A stretch of 63,599 nt of DNA, the filler included, from Limisphaerales bacterium (lineage in GTDB: Bacteria; Verrucomicrobiota; Verrucomicrobiia; Limisphaerales; SIBE01): NCBI GenBank assembly GCA_044225505.1. It is 4 parts of 4 records of this genome, joined end to end, with 100 filler letters (N's around TTAATTAATTAA, not from the genome) between each part and the next. Parts side by side here need not be neighbours in the genome. Positions count along the whole stretch, not along the records: positions 52,484 to 63,599 come from JBGAIN010000218.1; 3 more parts are not named here. The stretch is one strand, 5' to 3'. The translations under genes and the position numbers were made by a program. Of this stretch, positions 55,182 to 63,599 are shown piece after piece. A model generated the notes under the pieces. That model was not told the DNA's origin. It worked only from the letters and a program-made list of their open reading frames with translations, and made no database searches. Each line of letters starts with the position of its first letter. Position 1 is the first letter of the stretch.

Positions 55182-56042
55182 CTAGGCCGCAAACAGGGCC
55201 GCTGGGTTATCCGCAGCCGTTAGCACTTTGCCGCCTTGGTGCACCGCGTCCAGTCGTCCGTTGTGCCATTTTCGCAACCGGTAGAGCGTTGCAAACAGAA
55301 AATCAGGGGCCGCTCCCCCTTGCCCTCCCACTAATTCGCTGCCGCGCCGGACGTTATCGATCATCCAGGCGGGCAACGTTAGGTGATATGGGTTTCGTTT
55401 CACTTCCCCGACGTGGAACGTAAGGGCCGTGATAAGATCACCCAGTTGGGCCGGTGCTATCTCGACCATCAGATTCGGGCTTGCCATCTGTCCCCAGAAT
55501 TCTGTTTCCACGCAGTAACACTGAAACTTCGGCGGCAGCGAGCGCAAAGCATCAGTCACCAAGTAGTGCGTGCCCACGTGGGTGCTGTTCCAATCCAGAT
55601 CATGGGGAAATAAGATGACTTGCGGCTGATGATCCGCGAGGATCTCAGCGATGCTTCGAACGGCCTGAGCCCAGAAGCCCGGGTCTTGGTCACGCGTCTT
55701 CGGATTGATCCGTTCCAGGCCGTTTGGCGCGGTTTGCACCAAGCCAAATCCAATGTGGTCGCAACAGTTTTTGAGCTCAGCCAACCGTCCGGCTTGGCGC
55801 TCTTTATTGCTGCCTTGAGTCACAGCCACATTGATCACTCGCCAATCCGCCTCTTGCAATAACCGAAGCGCCAGACCGCCAATGATCACTTCGTCGTCCG
55901 GATGCGGCGAGAAGACCATCACCTTGGGCGCTCCCTCCGCGGCTGGCTTGCGGTCCTTATGGGCAAATGTTCCAAGCGGTCCCGCTTTGGCCTCTCGGGT
56001 AAGTCGAACGTACTCGCTGACAAAGTGCTGGTATGGATTCAT
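55182..56042 (-). CDS. PIG-L/LmbE family deacetylase
   Basis: FSPHPDDE motif, R..E and TH.GTH. Confidence 0.9.
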   Translation of the reverse strand: MNPYQHFVSEYVRLTREAKAGPLGTFAHKDRKPAAEGAPKVMVFSPHPDDEVIIGGLALRLLQEADWRVINVAVTQGSNKERQAGRLAELKNCCDHIGFGLVQTAPNGLERINPKTRDQDPGFWAQAVRSIAEILADHQPQVILFPHDLDWNSTHVGTHYLVTDALRSLPPKFQCYCVETEFWGQMASPNLMVEIAPAQLGDLITALTFHVGEVKRNPYHLTLPAWMIDNVRRGSELVGGQGGAAPDFLFATLYRLRKWHNGRLDAVHQGGKVLTAADNPAALFAA

Positions 56043-56077
56043 AGGGAATTCAAGGAACTCGAGCAGCCAATGACAGA

Positions 56078-57490
56078 CTAAGGCGCACCGGTCCGGGCCA
56101 AGCTGGCCGCGGCCATCGCTTGACCATGGCGCTTTTCTTTCTCATCGGGAGTATGGAATCGCACCCGTTTCGCCAATTCCGGGAATTCGATCTGGAGCAC
56201 TTCTTTGGCCCCGTCCAGAATGAGATCGCCACCCTTGCCCGTCATCACGCGTCCGAGAATGAGGACATTCTCGAACTCGTAAAAGTCAGCGTAATGAGCC
56301 AAACCGTATCCCAGGTAGGTTCCGAGAGTTTGGTAGAGTTTCGTCGCTCGATAATCGTCCTTTAGCATCAAGCCTTGCACGTGCTTGAGTTTCTCGGGCA
56401 AGCCAAGTCCCGCCGGTGTTTCGATCCCAGCCACCCCCAAGAGCCGACCCACCGCTTGCTGCGAGAAGTAGAGGGCGCCGCATCCGGCATCGCCAGACCA
56501 TTCGTCCACCGGCGCTCCCGGATTGTAATCGATGGGCGCGAAGGCCAACTCGTTAAGCCAGGAGGTGATATTGCCATCGGGCGTCACGTAACCCGCGGCT
56601 TGACTGGAACCCATGGCGATTCCAAGCACTGCGTTCCGGCCGATGGCCATGGATCCCGCCAACGCCGTGACTTCCCCGTCATTCACGACTTCGAAGGGAA
56701 TTCCCCGCCACGCTTTCTTGAGCTCGAGGAACAGGTCTTTGACACGACTCTCGAACAAAGGCGCGGGCACGCCGCGGAAAAGTGAAGCGACTTTAACGCG
56801 GTTATTAACGTAAACGCCGGCCGCACTGCCGCCGATAGCATCCACTCTCGGCAGATGAGCTGCCGCCTTCTGCAATGTCTCGTGGATCTGGTCGAAATGC
56901 CATTGGGGATCCGTCTGCCCGACCGGACTCCAGACGTACTCTTCGCTGAAGACGCATTCTCCATCCCGGACGGCTGCCACTTTGCGATCGCTCGCACCGA
57001 GATCAAAGCCAATTCGGCATCCGTCCCAATGCCGCCCCAGCGGCATCGTGCTGGACCTTTCCTCGGGGATGTCCTTTGCAGAGGCGAGCAGAACCTCAAA
57101 GCGCCGTTCGTAAACGCGGTCTCCCATCAAGTTGGCGTCAAACTTGCCGGTCGGCGCCTGAGCAAAGTGCTCTCGTAGTTTCGTCCCAAGGCTCGCTGGC
57201 CCGTCGATGTAAACTCGAAAACCGCCTCGCGACCAAAGCAGGAACTTAATAAACCGTTCGACGTAAACGAAGTTTCCCGCCGCTCGAGCATCGTTTTCAC
57301 CAAACACATCCGTGCGGAAGCGGAAGATCGATCCGTCTGCCTGTTCCAAGGCAATCAAGACCGGGACCGATCCAGCAGCGGTGGCCGCTTCCTGGCGGAA
57401 GCGCCGGTTCGCAAGGACCGCCGGACGAAAGAACGGATCCAGCAGCGGTGTTACTCGAGGAGCGACTAGAGGCAGACCATTATTATTCAT
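56078..57490 (-). CDS. ROK family sugar kinase with an N-terminal extension
   Basis: IGFDLGASD, VVNDGEVTALAG, GIAMGS and NELAF motifs. Confidence 0.88.
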   Translation of the reverse strand: MNNNGLPLVAPRVTPLLDPFFRPAVLANRRFRQEAATAAGSVPVLIALEQADGSIFRFRTDVFGENDARAAGNFVYVERFIKFLLWSRGGFRVYIDGPASLGTKLREHFAQAPTGKFDANLMGDRVYERRFEVLLASAKDIPEERSSTMPLGRHWDGCRIGFDLGASDRKVAAVRDGECVFSEEYVWSPVGQTDPQWHFDQIHETLQKAAAHLPRVDAIGGSAAGVYVNNRVKVASLFRGVPAPLFESRVKDLFLELKKAWRGIPFEVVNDGEVTALAGSMAIGRNAVLGIAMGSSQAAGYVTPDGNITSWLNELAFAPIDYNPGAPVDEWSGDAGCGALYFSQQAVGRLLGVAGIETPAGLGLPEKLKHVQGLMLKDDYRATKLYQTLGTYLGYGLAHYADFYEFENVLILGRVMTGKGGDLILDGAKEVLQIEFPELAKRVRFHTPDEKEKRHGQAMAAASLARTGAP

Positions 57491-57550
57491 GAACAACAGC
57501 CCCCACGATAAAAGGTGCTGCGCTGCGAAAAAAGGAATAAATTTCGACTT

Positions 57551-57973
57551 CTAGACCAGCGCAGAAACGCCGCTCAGCGTGGAACGGACTAAGCCTGTGA
57601 GCGTGCGAGGCAAGAAAGGCTTTCGCAGAAAGGCATCCGGCTTAAAATTATAGCGCTGGAGAATATCGGACCCGGCATTGCCGCTGTATAAAATAGTCCG
57701 CAGATTTGGCACTAGGCGTTTGCTACGCTCGATTAACTCCATGCCATTGATCGGCGTCATCACATGGTCCGTCAGGAGCAGCGCCGGCTTTATCGGGTCG
57801 CGATCCAAACTCTGCAGGGCCAATTCCGGATCTTGAAAGAACCGAGGTTCGAATCCATCCATGCGCAGAATGATCTGAACCACATCGCCAATCATCTTTT
57901 CGTCGTCAACCACGTAGATGAGCTTGGCATCCACGGAAAAAGGATTTGAGGTATGCGATTCTTCCGCACTCAT
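57551..57973 (-). CDS. Single-domain response regulator receiver protein
   Basis: VVDDE, LLTD..M...NG, S and KPF residues. Confidence 0.92.
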   Translation of the reverse strand: MSAEESHTSNPFSVDAKLIYVVDDEKMIGDVVQIILRMDGFEPRFFQDPELALQSLDRDPIKPALLLTDHVMTPINGMELIERSKRLVPNLRTILYSGNAGSDILQRYNFKPDAFLRKPFLPRTLTGLVRSTLSGVSALV

Positions 57974-58595
57974 CGGTTCCGACGCTTCGACTGGATTTCC
58001 AACGCCGTAAGCAGCATGGTATACGGAGTAATCAGGCGGTTGGCAAATCGTAAATCACAGTCCACCAGCAAGAAGCGCTCTTTTTGCGCAGCCCCCGGCA
58101 TCCGTCCGTGAGCTCGGCAGCACCCCGTAACCAGCCAGATAGACTATATTCTACTAACCATCAACTACTTACATGATTGCGAATCGCGCTGAGGACCAAG
58201 AACTCCTGAACGAGACTCAAAAGATTCCAGGGCTTCACCCAGCCAGTTCTCATCCCGCGGCGCTCCGTTTTCGACCCATTTGGTTCATTTACAGAGATAT
58301 ACGGACTCCGCGCCGCTTCGCTTGACATGGCGAACCCGGGTCGGCTGCGGCAAGCCGCCTTCCAGAATCCACAGATCGCCCTCGGGAGTGGACAACATAG
58401 GCCATCCAAATGAGGGCCGCCATCCAAGTGACGCAGCCCACGATGCGAAGCTGGCCCCGATGAATCGCCACTTGTTTCTCCACGTTGTCAAAATAAGACG
58501 TGGCTAGGACGCAGACGAGCGAAAAACGGATTCACCGAGTGCACGGAAGCGAGATTAGAATCGTTGGCAGAGAAACCGAGAGCGACTTCATTCGC

Positions 58596-58668
58596 ATATG
58601 ACAGGGAGATAACACGGTTTTCCTCCGTGTTATTTCCATGTTTATTCCCTTTTGATTCCGTGTTTAAA
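58596..58668. repeat. Convergent 11-bp-phased intergenic array with a central 9-bp inverted repeat
   Basis: ACA at 58601/58612; TGT at 58628/58639/(58650)/58661; ATAACACGG-N7-CCGTGTTAT. Confidence 0.65.
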
Positions 58669-58828
58669 AGCGACCTACCACGTCGACAGTCCGCTGCGTC
58701 CAGCCTTGGTCCCCAGAGCTTCCTGGCGCCACTCGCCACTCGTCCGTTCCCTGTCGACGGCGGACCCACCCGTCGGCGGGGTCGGATCCTCACGTGACTC
58801 CGCCCGTGCTTGCCGGTAAGTTGATCTC

Positions 58829-59455
58829 GTGAACACCGCTTCAGCCTCCGCCAATGTTGCCGTTCTCGTGTTTGATGGCGTCGAACCCCTGGATTTCTGT
58901 GGGCCATTCGAAGTTTTTTCGGCCGTCAAACAGCCGGATGGATCAGCTCCATTCTCGGTGTTCACTTGCGCGGAAAAGGCAGGACCTGTGGAAACCATCG
59001 GCGGCCTGAGCATCAATCCCCGATTCGAGATCTCGCAATGCCCTCCGATCGACCTTCTTGTCATTCCTGGGGGTTGGGGAACGCGCGATCAACTCGAAAA
59101 CCGCCGTCTGTTAGATTGGCTAAGAGCCACCGCTCCACAAGCGACGCACGTCTTGTCCGTTTGCACGGGAGCATTGCTCTTAGCCAAAGCCGGGCTGCTC
59201 GACGGTCTGAGTGCCACCACGCATCACGAAGTCATGGATCTGCTTCATCTGATGGCACCGAAGACAACCATTCGACGGTGGGAACGTTTCGTCGACAACG
59301 GCCAAATCGTTGTCGCCGCTGGCATTTCGGCTGGAATCGACGCTGCCCTCCACCTCGTGCAGAAGCGTCTGGGAAAAGACATCGCCATCGCCACGGCTCA
59401 CTATATGGAGTATCGATGGGAACCCCGACTCCCTGGGCCCCAGCAGACCGAGTGA
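58829..59455 (+). CDS. DJ-1/PfpI family protein
   Basis: FDGVEPLDFCGPFEVF, IPGG, SVCTGA, ATTH and AGISAGID motifs. Confidence 0.93.
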   Translation: MNTASASANVAVLVFDGVEPLDFCGPFEVFSAVKQPDGSAPFSVFTCAEKAGPVETIGGLSINPRFEISQCPPIDLLVIPGGWGTRDQLENRRLLDWLRATAPQATHVLSVCTGALLLAKAGLLDGLSATTHHEVMDLLHLMAPKTTIRRWERFVDNGQIVVAAGISAGIDAALHLVQKRLGKDIAIATAHYMEYRWEPRLPGPQQTE

Positions 59456-59622
59456 ATCGTGCAAAGGAGCAGTCGATTCCGAACAACGAGTGTGCTGTCG
59501 CCTAATTCCGCAGGCTTTCGTTGCGCTCAAAATGGGTCCTGGCGAGGCGTGACGACGGAGGATTGCCGCAGTGCTCTCGGACCGAGGAGCAACGAAGCCT
59601 GTCTCGATGAGCGCAACGCCTT

Positions 59623-61041
59623 TCAACCCATCGCAACCGTCCCGAGAGTCTTGAGGAGATCATCCACTGTCCAAACCTTTCGTTTGCTCGAGAGCAGGTC
59701 CGCCGTGGCGCCATGCTGCCAGACGGCAAACCGGAGGGTCTCGAACGGGTCAGCCAGGCACGCGGACTGCGCAAGCAACCCGACGAGATATCCGGCCAAC
59801 ACGTCACCGCTTCCGCCTTGCCCCAAGAGCGGGTTGCCGCTTGAATTGACGAACCGTCTCCCGGCACTCGTTCCCAGAAGAGTTTGGTAACCCTTTAGGA
59901 CAACCCAGGCGCCGCCATACCGACGCGAAAGCCGGAGGAGCGCTTTGGAGCGGTCCGCTTGGATCGCGGCAACGGACTGGTTAAGCATGCGCGCAGCCTC
60001 CCCCGGATGCGGAGTGAGAACGCGGACGGCCTTAAACGGCCCGGTTCGTTGAGGAAGCCAGCCGAGCGCGGTAGCGTCGGCCACAATTGGCAGCGGCGAT
60101 TCGTTCCAGAGGCGAACTAGTTCCCCCCGGGCTTCAACCGGCAACGTCGGCGAGGCTAAACCCGGACCCAAAAGGATCGCCGAGCAAGTTTCGGGCAATA
60201 CGGCGGGAGGAAGCCAGGGGTGAACCATCACCGCCTGCAACTGACTGGCCACGGGAACGTACACATCCGGCGGAGTAAACAGCGTGACGAGCCCGGGCGT
60301 CGCCTGCAATGCGGCTCGGGAGGCCAGAACGGCAGCGCCGTGATAGCCCATGCTACCCGCGAACAAAACAGCGTGACCGAAAGTGCCCTTATGACCGGCC
60401 ACTGGCCTGGCCGGTGGGAACTGGGGAAAGTCATCGCGCAGCGTCCATTGCAGATCACTCGATGGCGAAGTAGGGATCAAACCGATGTCCGGCTCAACTT
60501 CCAGCCGCCCGACGAACGGCCAAGCTTTCGAGAGGACGAGGCCCCGTTTGGGGGCGCCGAGCGTGAGTGTCACCGTGGCGCGGACCGCGGCACCAAGCAC
60601 GTCACCCGTGTCCGCGTTGAGGCCTGAGGGCACGTCCAAAGCCAGAATTGGAATTCCGGATTCATTGATCGCCCGGACGAGTTTGATCCACGGCGCTTCC
60701 AACGGACGATTCAGGCCGATGCCGAACAAGCCATCGATCAAGAGAGTCGGCTGCAATGAGAGTTGGGAGCGGAGTTCGCGAAGGCTTACCTCTGGGCTAA
60801 GGACGTTGATAAGGTTGACCTCGCGATCATTCAGGTTCTGGCTGGTGTACCTTGCGTCATCCCCATTATGCCCTTTCCCAGCGAGCACCACGATCAGGTC
60901 CCCCGGACGCGTCAGTTGTCGAACCCGTGCGGCGACCAAATGCCCCACGCGGCTGATGACTTCGACTTGGTTACGGCCAGCCGCCCAGGAGTCCTTTTCC
61001 CATTTCCGCATCTGAGCGACGCTGAGGACAGGAGCAGGCAT
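59623..61041 (-). CDS. nnr: Bifunctional NAD(P)H-hydrate epimerase/dehydratase
   Basis: GKGHNGDD, DGLFGIG, DVPSG, HKGTFG, GPGL, LTPHPGE, LKG and GGSGDVLAG motifs. Confidence 0.95.
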   Translation of the reverse strand: MPAPVLSVAQMRKWEKDSWAAGRNQVEVISRVGHLVAARVRQLTRPGDLIVVLAGKGHNGDDARYTSQNLNDREVNLINVLSPEVSLRELRSQLSLQPTLLIDGLFGIGLNRPLEAPWIKLVRAINESGIPILALDVPSGLNADTGDVLGAAVRATVTLTLGAPKRGLVLSKAWPFVGRLEVEPDIGLIPTSPSSDLQWTLRDDFPQFPPARPVAGHKGTFGHAVLFAGSMGYHGAAVLASRAALQATPGLVTLFTPPDVYVPVASQLQAVMVHPWLPPAVLPETCSAILLGPGLASPTLPVEARGELVRLWNESPLPIVADATALGWLPQRTGPFKAVRVLTPHPGEAARMLNQSVAAIQADRSKALLRLSRRYGGAWVVLKGYQTLLGTSAGRRFVNSSGNPLLGQGGSGDVLAGYLVGLLAQSACLADPFETLRFAVWQHGATADLLSSKRKVWTVDDLLKTLGTVAMG

Positions 61042-61165
61042 AACAAGAGTTCAGGTTCCTTTAAGAATGATGGACAACGGCGAATTTCCAACCAAAAAAG
61101 CAATTGTTTGTCATCGCGTGAATGTGGTGTTAGAGAAACCGATGCGGTGAACTGACGCCGCCCCT

Positions 61166-62617
61166 ATGCCAAGCGACGCCATCAAGTGCCCACAATGCCG
61201 CGCCGACATTCCGCTGTCGGAGGCTGTCTCTCAACAGATTCGCGGTCAACTCCAGCACGAATTCGAGGCGGAACGCCAAAAGGCTGAGCAACAACTCGCC
61301 GAGCGCCATCGCCAACTCACGGAACAACGGCAAATCTTGCAGGCCAAAGGGCTTGAGTTGGAAGCCGAAGTGAACCGTCAAGTGTGCGAAGCGCGAAAGA
61401 AGCTCGAGCAGGAGGTTATGGGGCGAGTGCAAGCGGAGCTAAACGTGGAGATGGTCGACCTCCGCGCCAAACTCGCGGAGAAAGAGCGGCGCGTGGCCGA
61501 AGCGCAGCAAATCGAGCTCGCCTTGCGCCAGAAACAGCGGGAATTGCAGGAGAAACAGCAGGACCTCGAATTGGAAGTGACCCGGCGGTTAGAACAAGCC
61601 ACCGCTAAAGTTCAGGAAGAGGCCGCCGCCAAAGCCAAGCAAGATTGGAGTCTGCAATTCCGCGACCTGCAAACGCAGTTGGCGGAACGAGACCGCAAGG
61701 TAGCCGAAGCGCAACAGGCGGAACTCGAACTGCGCAAGCAACAGCGCGAGCTGGAAGCCAAACAGCAAGCCCTCGAACTCGAGGTCGCCAGGCAACTGGA
61801 CCTGGAACGGACCCGCATCCGCGATGAGGTCAAACGCACGGCTCTCGAAGAACAGCGGCTGCGTCTGGGCGAGAAAGAGAAGGTCATCTCCGACCTGCAG
61901 AAACAGATCGAAACCTTGCGGCAAAAGGCGGAGCAAGGGTCACAACAGCTGCAAGGAGAGGTCCTCGAACTGGAATTCCAGCAGCTTCTCCAATCGCATT
62001 TCCCGGCGGACGCCATCACGCCAGTCTCGACCGGAGTGCGCGGCGCCGATTTGATGCAACGCGTCCGCGACGGCGCTGGACAGGACTGCGGCAGTTTGAT
62101 CTGGGAAGCCAAGCGAACCAGGGCCTGGAATAATGGTTGGCCCGCCAAATTGAAGGAAGACCAACGAGCCCATTGCGCGGACGTCGCGGTCTTGCTGACG
62201 GCGGCGCTGCCGGCGGAAGTGAAGAACTTTGCCAGCGTCGACGGAGTTTGGGTCACCGATTTTGGCTGCGCTTTGGGATTGGCCGCCGCCCTCCGGCAAG
62301 GGTTAATCAGCGTCGCGAACGCCCGTCGGGTCGAGAGTGGCAAACAGGAAAAGATGGATGTGCTCTACCGTTATCTTTCGGGAAATGAGTTTCGGCAAAA
62401 GGTGGAGGCGATTGTCGAAGCGTTCGTTAGCATGAAAAGCGATCTGGAGGCGGAAAAGAGGGCCCTCACGCGTATTTGGGCCAAGCGCGAAAAGCAAATC
62501 GAGCAAGCGCTCGGCAACACCGCCTTGATGTACGGGGGCGTTCAAGGCATTATTGGCCAAGGAGCGCTCCCGGCTATCCAATTGCTCGAACTCGAAGATC
62601 AAAGCGGCACCCCTTAG
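61166..62617 (+). CDS. DUF2130 domain-containing protein
   Basis: N-terminal CPQC; coiled coil; GSQQLQGEVLE, GAD, WEAKRT..W...W..KLKEDQR. Confidence 0.9.
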   Translation: MPSDAIKCPQCRADIPLSEAVSQQIRGQLQHEFEAERQKAEQQLAERHRQLTEQRQILQAKGLELEAEVNRQVCEARKKLEQEVMGRVQAELNVEMVDLRAKLAEKERRVAEAQQIELALRQKQRELQEKQQDLELEVTRRLEQATAKVQEEAAAKAKQDWSLQFRDLQTQLAERDRKVAEAQQAELELRKQQRELEAKQQALELEVARQLDLERTRIRDEVKRTALEEQRLRLGEKEKVISDLQKQIETLRQKAEQGSQQLQGEVLELEFQQLLQSHFPADAITPVSTGVRGADLMQRVRDGAGQDCGSLIWEAKRTRAWNNGWPAKLKEDQRAHCADVAVLLTAALPAEVKNFASVDGVWVTDFGCALGLAAALRQGLISVANARRVESGKQEKMDVLYRYLSGNEFRQKVEAIVEAFVSMKSDLEAEKRALTRIWAKREKQIEQALGNTALMYGGVQGIIGQGALPAIQLLELEDQSGTP

Positions 62618-62620
62618 TCT

Positions 62621-63595
62621 ATGTCTGATCTCTTTCGGCAGATCCAAGCCGCCGTGGACCGGGGCGAGCCGTTCGCGCTGGGCCTGATCGCTTCGATTAA
62701 AGGGTCTAGCCCTCAGAAAAAAGGAGCGAAGGCAATCTTCTACGCGGACGGCCGAATGGAAGGAACCTTGGGAGGCGGATGTTTGGAAGCGGAAGTGCAA
62801 CAGCGGGCGCGGCGAGCGCTGCAGTCGGGCGTTCCGGAAGCGTTTGACCTCGTCCTCGATCATGACTTTGGCTGGGACGATGGCTTGATCTGTGGCGGCA
62901 AAGTTGCCGGACTCATTTTACCCCAACCTAGCGGAGGACCACTCTGGAAGTCGCTCGCGCAGCGCTTGGAATCGATCACTTGGGGAGTGCGCCCAGACTT
63001 CACGATTGCGTCCGGAGACGCTCCAGAGCCCGACTGGCTTTACCAGGAAACCGTATCGCCAGCCTGCGCATTATGGATTGCGGGCGCCGGCCACATCGCC
63101 CAAGCGGTCACTCCGTTGGCGCTGCGGCTCGATTTCGAAGTCTCGGTCTTCGATGATCGGCCCTTGCTGGCGAATTCCAGATACTTCCCGGCCGCTACCC
63201 AGTTTCAGGTGGATTACTGGGACAAGCTCCTGCAGCAACCCCTGCCTACCCGGCCCACTTTTGGATTGATCGTCACTCGCGGCCATCAACACGATGCGCT
63301 CGTCCTCCGACACTGGGTTCACCAGCCTTTTATGTTCTTGGGCATGATTGGAAGCCGACGAAAAAAGAGGCTCATCTTCGATCAATTCATCCAGGAGGGC
63401 ATCGCGTCCGCCGCGGAGCTGAGCGCCGTGGCGTGTCCCGTCGGCATCGATATCCTCGGGCAGAGCGTCGATGAGATTGCCCTCAGCATCATGGCTCAAT
63501 ACATCCAGCAACGCGGAGAAAAAGTATTCCATCGACGTCCCAAGGTCGCCGGAACACCAGCTGAGGATCGTCCTGAGGAACTCTCCTGGACATGA
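62621..63595 (+). CDS. XdhC/CoxI family molybdenum-cofactor insertion chaperone
   Basis: GSSP, GTLGGGCLE, ICGG, GAGH, DDR, TRGHQHD, GMIGS and PVGIDI motifs; next gene starts at the overlapping ATGA (63592). Confidence 0.93.
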   Translation: MSDLFRQIQAAVDRGEPFALGLIASIKGSSPQKKGAKAIFYADGRMEGTLGGGCLEAEVQQRARRALQSGVPEAFDLVLDHDFGWDDGLICGGKVAGLILPQPSGGPLWKSLAQRLESITWGVRPDFTIASGDAPEPDWLYQETVSPACALWIAGAGHIAQAVTPLALRLDFEVSVFDDRPLLANSRYFPAATQFQVDYWDKLLQQPLPTRPTFGLIVTRGHQHDALVLRHWVHQPFMFLGMIGSRRKKRLIFDQFIQEGIASAAELSAVACPVGIDILGQSVDEIALSIMAQYIQQRGEKVFHRRPKVAGTPAEDRPEELSWT

Positions 63596-63599
63596 GAAC

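Noticed and set aside
58161..58560. Short overlapping ORFs with one hydrophobic stretch between the response regulator and the DJ-1 gene
   Set aside because: No consistent frame, RBS or family motif. It may be a decayed gene, but I cannot support a call.

Overview
GC-rich bacterial draft or MAG sequence, most likely Verrucomicrobiota. This is inferred from a prepilin-type/H-X9-DG protein and from large secreted proteins ending in a W...F[YF]R module. The window is four unrelated contigs joined by artificial 100-nt N/TTAATTAATTAA linkers (17034-17133, 34730-34829, 52384-52483). Contig 1 holds hydrolases, a KpsF/GutQ isomerase, a broken DUF5009/NagX-like gene, D-lactate dehydrogenase, two paralogous large secreted lectin-like proteins and a MITE-like palindromic element. 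Contig 2 holds a sugar-acid catabolic operon, stress genes, a triple-LamG secreted protein, a Phd/PIN pair with a degenerate toxin active site and, at its end, an integron-type cassette array with no integrase in view. The array has five full attC sites and one truncated one, two four-helix-bundle cassettes with inverted hexamer arms, and a non-coding hairpin cassette. Contig 3 holds a RAYT remnant, FGE/SUMF1 proteins, glycoside hydrolases, tRNA-Thr(CGT), a MogA/MoaB gene, polA and a partly decayed carotenoid-modification locus with a CarH/LitR-like regulator and 11-bp operator repeats. Contig 4 is mostly housekeeping: mutY, nadA, a ROK kinase with a PIG-L deacetylase, nnr, DUF2130 and XdhC. 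The most interesting signals are (i) a shared ~60-aa module on five secreted proteins, a candidate sorting/anchoring domain, (ii) the cassette array and its stem-flanked cargo, and (iii) a dispersed set of 11-bp-phased intergenic arrays, two of them linked to an AAATGTCTCACACT palindrome. Family names come from recognising motifs by eye; no searches were run.
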